Assembly (NCBI GenBank): GCA_043228905.1
Contig: JBHGNT010000006.1
Location: 21,018,001 to 21,082,000, forward strand
Length of the DNA: 64,000 nucleotides
Origin: Azolla caroliniana
Lineage: Eukaryota; Plantae; Polypodiophyta
Direction: 5' to 3'
Shown in pieces: positions 36,089-47,955 of the stretch. A program made the translations under genes and the position numbers. The stretch's first letter is position 1. Every line of letters starts with the position of its first letter. The notes below the pieces were generated by a model. The model had not been told where the DNA came from. It saw nothing but the letters and a program-made list of their open reading frames with translations, and did no database searches.

Positions 36089-37150
36089 TGTCGTGAAGAT
36101 CTGTCACTACGCGCGGATCGTGAGGCGGAACCGCCGGGGTTCTGGACCAGAAGGATTTAGAGTCGATACAAGCTTTGGCGAGAAAGTACTTAAGATAGAT
36201 TGGGAAAGAGAGAAGTTGAGATTACACGATTGATTTGATAACGAATTTCTTCCTCTTAATTTTCATAAAAAATAACCCGTGTTTTTTCTCCTCCCCCTTC
36301 CCTCTTTTATAGATGCTCTCATGCATATGATGCATGTGAGGGTACAAGACATGCATAAATTGCATGTTTGCCATTTGGCGCTTAAGTATTACATGTGGTG
36401 CATGATAACCATGCCACTCATTTTAGCTCTCATGTATGAGAATTTACATGTAAAAGTACAATGATAGAAATATAATTTCAACTAAATAGCATGGCTTAAT
36501 GGTAAGCCAATTGACTCCTAACTTGGAGGTGCAAAGTTCGAATCCATACTTGCCCTCCTTGTATATGTAAATATGTATATATATTTATATATTTATTTAT
36601 CTAGTCGGACGCCGGTTCGCCAGATACCGTCGCCGAATACCGGTGCCTCGCCGGATGCCGCCGCCGGATACCGGTGCCGTCGTCGGATGCCGTCGGTTAC
36701 CGGTGCCTCGCCGGATACCGGTGCCGGATGCCGCCGCCGGATTGCGGTCGGATCACCGGCTCCATCGTCGGTCCGGTTTTGGTTGGCCAAAACCCTTTAC
36801 GAGTAGCTAGCCACCTCCACTCTTAGTTCAAGTTACCTTGAACTCTCTATGCTCCACACATAGACACAAAGATAATATCCTTTGCTCCACCTTATATATG
36901 ATGAGAGCCGTATTTGTCGTGCCTATGTGGGATATCTCACAATTTTCTCTTTTCTTTTCACAAACTTTATACCCTCATATCTTGACATTTAGTTGTCCAT
37001 TTCTCGTGTAATAAAGTGCATTCGAAACCTCCATCATTTTGTACTTAGATATTAAAAATGTTATCTTCACAATTATTGTATTACGTGATTCATACTCGAT
37101 TTCGTACGTTTTATGGGATTTTCACACTATTGCCGAAAATCTTCACGACA
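36089..37150 (-). repeat. 3' LTR (1062 bp)
   Basis: TGTCGTGAAGAT...ATCTTCACGACA (12-bp terminal inverted repeat); direct repeat of 42974-43987. Confidence 0.93.
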
Positions 37151-37222
37151 TCCACCCCCACCAAACTGCACGTCCTCCGGTACGTGCCAAGAAGAGAAGA
37201 AGTGAGATTTCGGCTACGATGA

Positions 37223-40200
37223 TCAATTAGATTCCTCCATGTCTTCATTTTCATCCGGCCCATTATGTTCATCGTTGAGGTAATCGAGGTCAGGATCCTT
37301 GTCTTGTCTTTTCTTGAAAAGCTTTACTCTTTTTCCCGCAATGGGTACGACCAACCTTGATCCGTCTAGTTCCGCAAGGTGGTATGTGGCATTATCGTTG
37401 GCACTTGTCACCACATACGGCCCGAACCATCTTCTTGCGAACTTCCTTGTTGTACTATGTTGATTGTCAAGGGTGCTGTCGTAAACCAAAACCCAATCCC
37501 CTTCTTCAATCTTCTTGGGACGAAGTCGATGCGTGTTGTTGAACCGAACTTTGTTCTTTACTCGGGCTGCCTTCATCATCTTTCGCGCTTTTTCTAAATC
37601 TTCAGGTCTTCTTTCAAGTTGCCTTATCCGCGCCGCTAATAACTCTTCTCGGCTCATCTCGTTCTCCCACGGTATCGCTACCCATGAGGCGATCGTCCTT
37701 TCGATGGGCATAATCGGCTTTTGTCCATACATAAGCTCTGTCGGCATATACCCTGTCACCGAGCTATGTGTCGTTCTATCGGTCCACAAGGCATAGGGTA
37801 ATAGTCGTGGCCAATTCCCGACTCGACCGTTGCATGCCCGTACGATGGCTTTAACGATAGGTCCATGCCCTCGCTCGATCTTCCCATTTGCTTCCGGATT
37901 GTAGGCAGTCGTGAGGGAGAGCTTCACGCCTAGTCTTTCGAAGAGCTCCGTCGCTTCGTGCGCGTCCAACTCCCCTCGGTCGGCCACTATCTTCCCTACA
38001 CATCCATATCGGCAAACAACATCTTCAAGTAAAAATTTACAAACGGCTGAAGTCGTCTTATTTGTCAAGGCTCGTCCTTCCACTTGATTTGTCAAGTCTT
38101 CCCTTGCGAGCGCTAAGTACTTCATTTGTCCCACTCCCATTGGCATTGAGACCAGATCCACCATCCATTTGAAGTGAATGGTGAGTGGGTATGTCGGCTT
38201 TAACTCATCACGATGACGTATATTTGAATATATTTGGCAAGTTTCACATGTGGACACGAAATGGAGTACATCTTTGTACATGCTTGGCCACCAGTACTTC
38301 TCCTTCAATTTTTCGAACGTCGCCCATGTTCCTCTATGACCTGCCCAAGCACTCTCGTGGAATTCGGTCATCAGCGTCTCTTGCTCTTCTTTCTTTACCA
38401 CCACTCGACGTGGTATTCCTGTCCTTCTTTTTGGATGTCGCCAAAGGAATCCTCCCTTCAAGAAGTATCGATAAGCTTTCTTTCGGATTCGTAGGGCCTC
38501 CTCCTTTGTCAACGAAGCATCTGTCGTCAATGTTCTTAGGAATCTACCGATGAGTAACCATTCTCCTTCGTACTCGTTCTCGTTGAAGGCGTGGAGGGTT
38601 TGCGTGTCCTGGTCTTCCGCCGACAATCGAGCCATCTTGAAGAAGTTGAGGGCGACATCTTCATCTTCCGAAACCATGTTACTTCCATTTGAAAATCTTG
38701 CCCTCGACAACATGTCAGCCATTGCGTTCTTCTTCCCTGCGATGTGACGGATCTCTGGGTTTAAAGACTTGATGTAAGCGATCCACCTTAGCATAGCAAG
38801 ATCTGGGGTCGCACATCCCGAGACCATTCCGAGAATTGGGAGACAATCTGTCTCTATTATCACTTCTGACCCGATTAGGTAATCTTTGTCCGTCTTCACT
38901 GCCGACACAATACCCCAAAGTTCCCGCTTGACTTGGGCATATCTTTGTTGCCGTTCGCTGAGAACCTTTGCTCCGAACCGGACGGCATATCGCGCATTAT
39001 CTTCACCTTCTTGATTGATGACCCACCCGATTCCGGTTGGGCTCGTATCTACGGTCACGTAAATTGGTTTCCCTTCGGCATAGTCGGCCTTCCTTAGTGC
39101 CGGAGCTTCAAGAAGCAGTTTCTTTAATCTTCGCATCGCCTCTGTGTGCTCGTCTCGCCATTCGAACTTTATTCTTTTCTTTAGTAGTCCATATAACGGT
39201 TCGGCGGCATGAGCGTAGTGAGGAATCCATATATGATAAAATGCGCACGCTCCAAGGAACCTTCGAACCTCCGTTTGGTTTTCGCATTCTTCTTTCATGT
39301 CTTGGATTGCGTTCACTTTGGATGGCGAGGGCTTCCGGCCGTATGCTCCACACAAGTGACCTACCACCAAGATCTCCGGTTGCCCGAATGCGGATTTTTC
39401 TCCCGAAAATGTCAAATTCGCATCTTCGAGCCTTTGAAGCACCTTCTCGCAATCTTTCATATGATCCGCAACGAACTTTCTACAACCTTCCTTATCTTTC
39501 GATTCATCTTTCTCCTCATCCGAACATCCTTTTATCGGAATATCATCCAAGAATGACATCGTGATGTCCGGAATGCAATCCTTCAAGACTTTATTCATGG
39601 CATTCACCATATGAGCCACCGAGTTCGTTGCGCCTTGGGGTAAGGTACACATCCGCACAAGCCCGATCGGAGTCCTCATGGTTGTAATGTCTCGACTGTC
39701 GATCGCCAATTGGAATTGGTCATATCCGGATTAGAGATCGCCAATGGAGTAGATGGACCGGCCCGCAAACGCTTCGGCAAATTCGTCCACGCTCGGACCG
39801 ATTCCGGCATTTCGAATTATCACCTTGTTGACGGGTTGAAGATCTTGGATGAATCGCAATGATCCATTCTTCTTCGGCACCGTGAACCACCTATTGGAAT
39901 AAGGAGCATTCGACGGTTCTAGAATTCCCATACTCACCTTCTCCTTTAAGAGCTCGATCAACTTCGGAAGGTGTGCTCTCGGAACCGGTATCGGTTTCAA
40001 ATTCCAAGGCACATGAGGCACCGTGAAGATCACCATTGGCTCTATAACCTTTGGGTCGGCGCATCCGATTTCTCGTGGGAAGAATGCGAAAGCCTTCCCA
40101 TGTCTCTCAAGCATATCGCGAAACATTCGCTCCTCTTCAGGGAGAAGGAAATCCTCCTTTCCAACTCGTAGCTTCCCCTTCGTCTCTTTGGTGAAGTCAT

Positions 40201-40710
40201 GACCTATCTTCTTCGGATCTCTTAAGCTTGGATCGTTAGCGACTTCCTTCATCTTTTGCCAGCTATCTTCCGGTAGCGGAATCGCAACTGGCTTGATCTT
40301 CTTATCCACCGTTTTATATTTCGTGTTGATGTCAGCTTCCTTCATCGAGATGCCACGACGGTATTCATCGATGATAGCGTACATGTTGACGGAGTTAACT
40401 GAAATCACGCATTGGTTGTGAAGATAGCTCAAGTCCATGACGTCCTCGATTTCGCCGATAGTGTCGTTAAATGAGGCTTCTTCCATAATATGAGTCACGA
40501 ACTCCCCTTCTTCTATTATGTTCTCTTCTTTCAGCATCTTCTCGAATTCTTGTATCCGGTGCTTGTGCTTCTTGTCGGGTAGTACTAGTTTACATGCGCC
40601 ACTAGGTGTGACACATGTTGCTTCTCCTTGCAATCCACGCACTCTTCTTTCTTGTGGGGTCTTGTGATTGCTCGGACTATTTGTGCCCCATGCTTCAATA
40701 GTCCGCTCTA
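37223..40710 (-). pseudogene. pol: pol (RT-RNaseH-integrase) with one premature stop
   Basis: ORFs 39731-40642 and 37223-39709 are in frame: GDL*SGYDQF (TAA at 39731-39733 where Tyr is expected); LPQGATNS, FLDD, VDTSPTG, GHRG, ADRGE, NGKIERGH, WFGPY. Confidence 0.9.
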
Positions 40711-42912
40711 AAAATCCGAGGATTCGCCTCCGAGACTATCTCGATTCCTTTCATGATTGGCTCGCACTGTTAGGAATTGGACCGATCTTTGGTTGTCAAG
40801 ACTCTTTATTCGTGCGAAGGCTGCTCCATTATCGAACACTTTGGTCTCCATCCGAGATGATGTGATATAAGGTTGCCCTAGGATGACAGGATGCGACGCC
40901 GATTCTTGTACGAAGAAGTGTTGATCCATCTCCACATCCCCGATCGTGACTTTGACATTGGGACAAGCTCCGTACAAGTCCTCCGTAGACTTTGTTGCCG
41001 CACGAATCTTCCATCCGTGGTTTGTATTGATTGGCCATCTTCCCTTTTTGTAGAAGTCGGTTGACATGAGGTTGATCTCCGAGCCGTGGTCGATCAAGCC
41101 TACGACGGTCTCTTTCTTCTCCCTGATCTTCACCGGCGTCTCCGTTGTCGCTCGTGCCCAATGAGGTCGAGTGTAGTGGCTGTCCACCATATCTTCATCG
41201 ATTTCGTCTCTTGCCATCGTTATGGCATTCGTTTTTGCTTTTTGCGGCTTCTCTTCTTCCTCGTCTGATTGTTGTCTCTTTCTCTTTACAAGGTCCATGA
41301 TCGTGTCATGGAACTCCTTCTTCGTAATGCCAAGCAATTCCCTCAAGGACAAAGTTACGTGGCTATCAAGAACTCGTTCTTCGAGAATCTTCTTTAGGTC
41401 CGTCGTCTGCTCTATGTCCGACCTTAGCTTATAGGTAGGTATAGTCCTTGTCCTCCGAGTGGGGTCTTCGACACCAACCTTCACGGGCCGAACCGTTTCT
41501 TCAACTCGTATGCTTGGCTCCCCTTTTCGGCTTGATTCTCGTTCCTCCGTTTGTAAAGGTCGACTCGTCTCCGTATCGTCCTTCTTTTTCGCGTTCCTTG
41601 TTTCATGTCTTTTTGATGGGCCTTGCTCTTTTATTCTCTTTCTCTTTTCTTCGACGAACACCTCGTGGTTGTCGCACATCACCTCTGCGAGTATGGTGTT
41701 GTCGTCCATCGGATCCGACCACCCGGTTATGCTTTGCACGTTTCGGTCCGCAAGCTCTACCTCGTTCGATGTGACTTTTCCCTTCTTCTCATATTCGAGA
41801 ACGGAAGTCCAAAACTTTGCTCCCGCTCTAGCAGCTTCAGTCTTGTCTTTCCCGACTCTTATTCCGGCCGACGCAACATAGTGCATCGCATCCACATGAG
41901 TCGCATCGGCATCCTCCATAGATTTCTTCATTCCTCCTCTTCCGAAATTCACCCGTAGGGGTCTTCTAGTCTCGCTTGAGCAGATCATGTTGTCCTCTAT
42001 GTATACGATATTTTGTCGAATCGCCTCTCGAAGGCTCGCACAATCCCTTCTCATGTGGTCCATGCTATCGCACCACACGCATCTAAAGGGTTCTTTTCCT
42101 TTAGGGCCCCGACGATTCATGTTGGCTAGCGTGACCTTCTCGAACTTCTTCGCTAGCTCTTCGATGATGTCGTCATCAATCCTCTTTTCTTCCAGGTTAC
42201 TTTGTCTCAGCGGCTCAGCTACTATCAGCGGTCTTGCTTTCTTCGTGGTAGTCGGTCCCGTCATGTCGGTGTCATCAACCCATTGGCGACGCTTGTCGAG
42301 CCTATTGCATGCCCGCTTCACCGCGATCCAGTCTGCTACGAGCCCATTTGCTTGGGTATCATCTTCGAGAAGAGTCCCCAACTCCCGTCTATCCTTTATG
42401 TCCACGGCCTTCAAGAAGTACAAAGTCTTGTCCTCTTCAAGCAACACTTGGTCCATATTGGGGAGACGACTAAACATCTGGTCGAATTCGTCGTACACCC
42501 TCGAGACGCTCATCTTCTTATTCTTCTTCTCTATCCACTTCATCAGGGCATGTCGAGTCATCCTCGTTGAGTCTTCAATCACGAACTCCGCTAGTATCGT
42601 TTTCTCGAACTTGGACCATGTTGTCTTACCTTCTTGAAGCTCGATGACACGTCTTTGGATGTTGTTGGCGACAACTCTCTTGAAGCTTGCGATTTGACGT
42701 GCCTTGGACACGTCCCTCTGATTCATCTCCCTCTTATATGCATCAAGGAACTTCGTAACGTTCCTTCCATCGAATTGGCCCTCGAGCTCTACGACACGAT
42801 TGACAGCCTTCTCCACGCTCGCGTCGTTGTCCCGAGATCTCATCATTTGCTCGACGATTAGCATAATCCTTTTGAGCTCTCCCGCTTGGTTGCTTGAGGA
42901 CGCCATCTCCAA
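40708..42912 (-). CDS. gag: Gag-protease polyprotein
   Basis: 734-aa ORF; FDGRNVTKFL, CVWCDSMDHMRRDC zinc knuckle, LIDHGSEINLM and VILGQPY aspartic-protease motifs. Confidence 0.9.
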   Translation of the reverse strand: MEMASSSNQAGELKRIMLIVEQMMRSRDNDASVEKAVNRVVELEGQFDGRNVTKFLDAYKREMNQRDVSKARQIASFKRVVANNIQRRVIELQEGKTTWSKFEKTILAEFVIEDSTRMTRHALMKWIEKKNKKMSVSRVYDEFDQMFSRLPNMDQVLLEEDKTLYFLKAVDIKDRRELGTLLEDDTQANGLVADWIAVKRACNRLDKRRQWVDDTDMTGPTTTKKARPLIVAEPLRQSNLEEKRIDDDIIEELAKKFEKVTLANMNRRGPKGKEPFRCVWCDSMDHMRRDCASLREAIRQNIVYIEDNMICSSETRRPLRVNFGRGGMKKSMEDADATHVDAMHYVASAGIRVGKDKTEAARAGAKFWTSVLEYEKKGKVTSNEVELADRNVQSITGWSDPMDDNTILAEVMCDNHEVFVEEKRKRIKEQGPSKRHETRNAKKKDDTETSRPLQTEERESSRKGEPSIRVEETVRPVKVGVEDPTRRTRTIPTYKLRSDIEQTTDLKKILEERVLDSHVTLSLRELLGITKKEFHDTIMDLVKRKRQQSDEEEEKPQKAKTNAITMARDEIDEDMVDSHYTRPHWARATTETPVKIREKKETVVGLIDHGSEINLMSTDFYKKGRWPINTNHGWKIRAATKSTEDLYGACPNVKVTIGDVEMDQHFFVQESASHPVILGQPYITSSRMETKVFDNGAAFARIKSLDNQRSVQFLTVRANHERNRDSLGGESSDF

Positions 42913-42947
42913 GTATTAATCTCGACTTGATCCTTCCTACTGTCTCG

Positions 42948-42965
42948 TTCACGTCGGGTTCACCA
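42948..42965 (-). promoter_or_regulatory. primer-binding site complementary to tRNA-Trp 3' end
   Basis: TGGTGAACCCGACGTGAA on minus; the plus strand TTCACGTCGGGTTCACCA matches the 3' end of plant cytosolic tRNA-Trp(CCA) as I recall it. 8 nt from the LTR. Confidence 0.8.
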
Positions 42966-42973
42966 CTTAATTA

Positions 42974-43987
42974 TATCGTGAAGATCCGTCACTACGCGCG
43001 GATCGTGAGGCGGAACCGCTGGGGTTCTGGACCAGAAGGATTTAGAGTCGATACAAGCTTTGGCGAGAAAGTACTTAAGATAGATTGGGAAAGAGAGAAG
43101 TTGAGATTACACGATTGATTTGATAACGAATTTCTTCCTCTTAATTTTCATAAAAAATAACCCGTGTTTTTTCTCCTCCCCCTTCCCTCTTTTATAGATG
43201 CTCTCATGCATATGATGCATGTGAGGGTACAAGACATGCATAAATTGCATGTTTGCCATTTGGCGCTTAAGTATTACATGTGGTGCATGATAACCATGCC
43301 ACTCATTTTAGCTCTCATGTATGAGAATTTACATGTAAAAGTACAATGATAGAAATATAATTTCAACTAAATAGCATGGCTTAATGGTAAGCCAATTGAC
43401 TCCTAACTTGGAGGTGCAAGGTTCGAATCCATACTTGCCCTCCTTGTATATGTAAATATGTATATTTATTTATCTAGTCGCCGGACGCTGGTTCGCCGGA
43501 TGCCGCCGTCGTTTGCCGGATATTGCTGTCACCACCGGATGCCGTCGGCGGATACCGGTACCGGATGCCGCCGCCGGATTGCGGTCGGATCACCGGCTCC
43601 ATCGCCGGTCCGGTTTTGGTTGGCCAAAACCCTTTACGAGTAGCTAGCCACCTCCACTCTTAGTTCAAGTTACCTTGAACTCTCTATGCTCCACACATAG
43701 ACACAAAGATAATATCTTTTGCTCCACCTTATATATGATGAGAGCCGTATTTGTCGTGCCTATGTGGGATATCTCACAATTTTCTCTTTTCTTTTCACAA
43801 ACTTTATACCCTCATATCTTGACATTTAGTTGTCCATTTCTCGTGTAATAAAGTGCATTCGAAACCTCCATCATTTTGTACTTAGATATTAAAAATGTTA
43901 TCTTCACAATTATTGTATTACGTGATTCATACTCGATTTCGTACGTTTTATGGGATTTTCACACTATTGCCGAAAATCTTCACGACA
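42974..43987 (-). repeat. 5' LTR (1014 bp)
   Basis: Direct repeat of 36089-37150; inner terminus has TA instead of TG on the plus strand. Confidence 0.93.
43370..43441 (+). other. tRNA-like sequence with Pol III A- and B-box inside the LTR (also 36485-36556 and 47128-47200)
   Basis: TGGCTTAATGG (A box), D-stem GCTT/AAGC, CT-CCT-AA loop, GGTTCGAATCC (B box); anticodon and acceptor stems do not pair well. Confidence 0.65.
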
Positions 43988-44081
43988 ACGGTAACATTAT
44001 CTTTCCAAACCACATGCGAAACTTCTGAATTAAGTTATTTGATGTGCGTTATCCATTGCAACATAGCTATATCTTATATTT

Positions 44082-44182
44082 AGTATCCGGAAATCATTCC
44101 AAGGATTGGAAGGCAACCTGTCTCGAGAACAACTTCAACCCCGATTAAGTAATCTCGATCAATCTTTATAGCTATAAAGAAT
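44082..44182 (-). pseudogene. short Gypsy RNase H fragment related to the adjacent element
   Basis: AIKIDRDYLIGVEVVLETGCLPILGMISG versus AVKTDKDYLIGSEVIIETDCLPILGMVSG. Confidence 0.7.
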
Positions 44183-44185
44183 CGA

Positions 44186-44210
44186 GTGTGATTCTGTGCA
44201 GCAGAAGAGA

Positions 44211-44293
<83 letters not shown>

Positions 44294-44716
44294 ACAATGT
44301 ATGCAAAAAATAAGAAAGTTATATTAACAAGAACAAGAATGAACCAACTAATTACAATGAGGAGGAGAAGGTGCTTATATAGTTACCTTCTCTCTATGTT
44401 CTCTTACTACAACCACCACTTGTAAAAGAGGTGGAGACTTAACTATCTACCAAATATGTGTCATAGAACCTTAAAGTTCTATGACACACTAGTTACTATA
44501 CTAGGAGGTGGGGTGTTCACACACTTGAGTATACTAAGGTGTGTTCCCACACTAGGGAAGTTGAGTTTGATTCTCACACGCCCCTTCAAACGCAACTTCC
44601 GGTCGCCGAATAGTTGGTTCGGACTGGACTTCGGGTCGGCTTTGAGTCGGCTTTGGCTACGGATGTCGTTTTGCTCCGATCGATGTCGAGTTGGATGGTT
44701 CCTTACTCCTTACTAA
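44186..44716 (-). mobile_element. Copia 3' LTR plus PPT remnant (family of LTR at 54133)
   Basis: Minus strand starts TGTGAGAATCAAACTCAACTTCCC at 44578, preceded by GAAGGGGCG; compare TGTTGAGAATCGAACTCAACTTCCC at 54133. Outer boundaries approximate. Confidence 0.55.
44211..44290. repeat. compound (TG)n(AG)n microsatellite
   Basis: Read directly. Confidence 0.95.
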
Positions 44717-46240
44717 TGTATATGGGATTGACCACAACCGATTATCACTCACAAGTAAAATGAAAGAACAAAAAATGAATACACAAACAAAAATGAGAAA
44801 ATACAGAGCCACATGATGTTTACGTGGAAACCCTAAAAATGGGAAAAATCACGAGAGCCCACAGACTTCGGACTAAATCACTATATCGGGAGGAAATACA
44901 CAAGTAAGAATCTCAAGGCAACCACATTGAGTTCTTCTTTGTCAAACAGACGACTGTAGAGTTACAACTCTCTCTCTCTCTCTCTCTCTCTAGTTATAGG
45001 GGCAACTACACACTGTAACTTGTTCAACAACAATTATATCTAATAACTACTTGCCCTAACTATATTTATACTCATATACACTGTATGAGCTATTTACAAA
45101 TATAGCCCACTAAGGGCACATATTGAGGCTATTTACAATTATAGCCCCGAGTCGGCTTTGACCGATTCAGATATTAGTTGAATTGATTATTATCCGATTT
45201 TCGGTTAGTCTATTTTTTGGCCTCGACTGATTTGGTTGTTCTTCCCATCCGGAGGGACCAAATCCAACAAACTCCCCCTTGAGTCCGACATGGGGTGCTT
45301 CGTCAATGCGACCCTTTGTCGGCACGCATTCAACTTTTCTAATGATAGCACCTTCGTCAGCAAATCCGATCCATTGTCATTCATATGAACCTTCACCAGG
45401 GTAAAGTTCATTTCTTCTGCCCACTTCCAGAGCCAATGATATCTCCTCTGGATGTGCTTGGTCCTCGAGTGGTAGGCGACATTCTTTGCAAGGTGGATGC
45501 CACTTTGGTTGTTGCAGTAGAGTTAGAATTCTTCTTGCCGAATTCCCAGCTCTCCAATGAACTCCTTCATCCAAATTATTTCCTTCCCGGCTTCGACGAC
45601 GGCAATGTATTCGGTTTCCGTGGTCGACAGAGGCATAGTCTTCTGCAACCTCGACTGCCACAAAACAACTCCCCCTACAAACATCATCACATATCCGGAC
45701 GTTGATCGGCTGGTATCTACATCAGTCAACATGTCAGAATCCATGAAACCTTCCATCATGGGGTTACTAACGCCGAATCGAAGACACACACTCGAGGTGC
45801 CTTTCAGGTACCAAAATATCCATTTTACCGTGGCCCAATGCTCTGTCCCGGGATTGTTCATGAATCGGCTGACGACTCCAATAGCATAGGCAATGTCCAG
45901 CCTAGTGCAAACCATTGCATACATTAGGCTTCTGATCGCTGAGGCCAATGGGATCTTGTTCATCTCAGCTTTCTTCGCTTTCATCTTTAGACATTGTTTT
46001 TTGCTTAGCTTACATTTTGTCGGTAGTGTTGAGCTGACCAACTTCGTGTCCTGCATGTTGAATCTCTGGAGCACCTTTGTCACGTATTTTTCTTCTAACA
46101 ACCATAGCAACTTCTTTTTCCCATCCCAAACAATGTGCATACCTAGAATCTGCTTTGCCCAACCCATATCCTTCATTGCAAATGACTTGCTCAAGGCCTT
46201 CTTCAAACTTTTGATTTTCTTGGGTTGCCGACATCTTCAT
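44717..46240 (-). mobile_element. truncated Copia (Tnt1-like): RT/RNase H fragment, PPT, 3' LTR 44717-45269
   Basis: FAMKDMG, SLMYAMVCTRLDIAYA, RSTSGY, LSTTETEY; PPT AAGGGGGAGTT next to TGTTGG at 45269. Confidence 0.85.
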
Positions 46241-47955
46241 GAAGGCCCCCGGAACCGACAAGTTGCAACATTTCTAGGAGATGCTTGGTCTTCAACATCT
46301 TGACATGCCACACTTGATGGGGAGAACCAGTACTAGTATGGGGAGAACCAGAGCAGAAACTAGAAAAACAAGCAAAGGCACCGGACAAGCAGTCAGATAG
46401 AAGGAAACAACCGAAGCAAGGGGAGACAAGAAGAAAAAGGAAGCCAACTCGACTGAAGAAGTCGGCACATCCGATAAAGTCGGAACAAGCAGCGATGATG
46501 ACATAGTCAAGAAGGACGGAGCCGAGACCCAGATGTGGTCCGACGTGGTGAAGGGCCTGAAGGTTGAGCAGGAACAAATCGGAGACAACCAATTTTGACA
46601 AGAGCAGGAACAAATCGGAGGTAGCCGATTCTGAAGAGGAGTTCGACTCGGAGGAGCCAAATCAACAGGAGGCCAAACGGACAAGGAGGCAGTGGAAGTC
46701 GATACCAACACAGAGGGACTGACGGTGTCGAGGAAATCCTCGCGTGTTTGCGAAATGAAGCGGGACCACCGGGGTCCTGGACCGGAAGGATTCGATGTTT
46801 TTAGCAATGTAAGCGAGAAAGTATTGAAGATAGATAGATAGATGAAGAGATAGAGAGAGAGAGAGATTGAACCCTTGACTTTAGTTTTATGAGACAAGAT
46901 ACATCACCATCAGGATAACTCAGATCTTTGATTACAAGTTTTTTTTTTTACTTACATCACTTCCCCCCTTTTCACAAGCCCCACTATAGGCTTTTATAGG
47001 TCTCTCCATGCAAAAACCATGGGCTAAACCCACGGGCTAAAACCATGGTTTTGTGCCCACGGTTTTTATATGTTTGCTTCCTACAAAATATTGAATATGA
47101 AAAGAAAATATACAAAATCTAAAGCATTTAGTAATGGCTTTAGTGGTAAGTTAATTCGTCTCTCCTCATGGAGGTGCAAAGTTCAAGCCTTGCTTGCACC
47201 CCTTTGTATGGACTCAAAGGTTACTAGGCTTTAGTCTTATTTTATTTACAAATGTTTGAGTGCTCATTACACTTTCTCGATTTTGTTTGTTCCACACGAT
47301 TTTCACACTATTGCCGAAAATCTTCATGACATCGGGTCGAGAAGCGCCAAAGTCACAAAAGCGAAGGAGTTGAGAAGGGTCTTATGAGTAGACAAGCCGA
47401 CCGAGAAGGTCGAGGTGCACGGGACCAGACGGGTTGTGGGAAGCGGAATCGGACGGATCAAGGAGCGCGAGCAAAATAGGAAGACGCTAGGAGGAGACGG
47501 AGGAAAGGACCAGTGGACACACATAGCGATCCGACCTTGAGCTTAAGGGGGAGTGTTGAGCGGGCAAGCTCAACCGTATCCGGATCGGCTGAATAAGCCA
47601 GAGTCGGATCAGTATCCAGATATATCGGTGTCCGGAACCTAGAGCCGGACCGGAGAACCAGATCATACTTCTGAATAGTGAGAACTGGTAGGCTCCCGAG
47701 CCTAGTACGTAGGCATACTCCTTGGAGTTAGTGTCAATCGCTCGTATAAGCATTGAAGTACATGTCAGTACTTCTGTTAGTCCTTGTAAGAACTTGTATA
47801 AAAAGTGTTCTGTAAGACATTTGTATGTATAGTGTTATTATTTTGAATTTAGTTTATGCTATTCTGCTATCTCTGTCTCTCCCAGTGTTTTGTGAAGCTT
47901 CCATTAAAACTATACTCTTTCGTGAACCGGTTTGTCAAAGCTTATGCATATTAAC
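46240..47955 (+). mobile_element. 3' fragment of Copia family B (RNase H end, 3' extension, PPT, LTR from 47554)
   Basis: Homologous to 53100-54123 and 60780-61894; AAGGGGGAG then TGTTGAGCGGGCAAGCTCAAC at 47554. Right end approximate. Confidence 0.75.
46726..47331 (-). mobile_element. solo LTR related to the 36089-43987 Gypsy family
   Basis: TGTC...TTTTCACACTATTGCCGAAAATCTTCATGACA end shared with the full element; also GGGT.CTGGACC.GAAGGATT and GCGAGAAAGTA; flanks ACGG/TCGG. Confidence 0.85.

Larger units (their letters stand above)
36089..43987 (-). mobile_element. Full-length non-chromovirus Ty3/Gypsy element (resembling non-seed-plant and fungal lineages)
   Basis: LTRs at 36089-37150 and 42974-43987; PPT-like TGGTGGGGGTGGA at 37151-37163 (minus); tRNA-Trp PBS; ACGG on both flanks; gag-PR-RT-RH-IN order; no chromodomain. 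Confidence 0.94.

Noticed and set aside
36485-36556. Functional tRNA-Arg(CCT) gene
   Set aside because: Acceptor and anticodon stems do not pair; reported only as a tRNA-like module.
41448-42861. Long antisense ORFs over Gypsy gag
   Set aside because: Shadow frames of a coding strand; no independent evidence.
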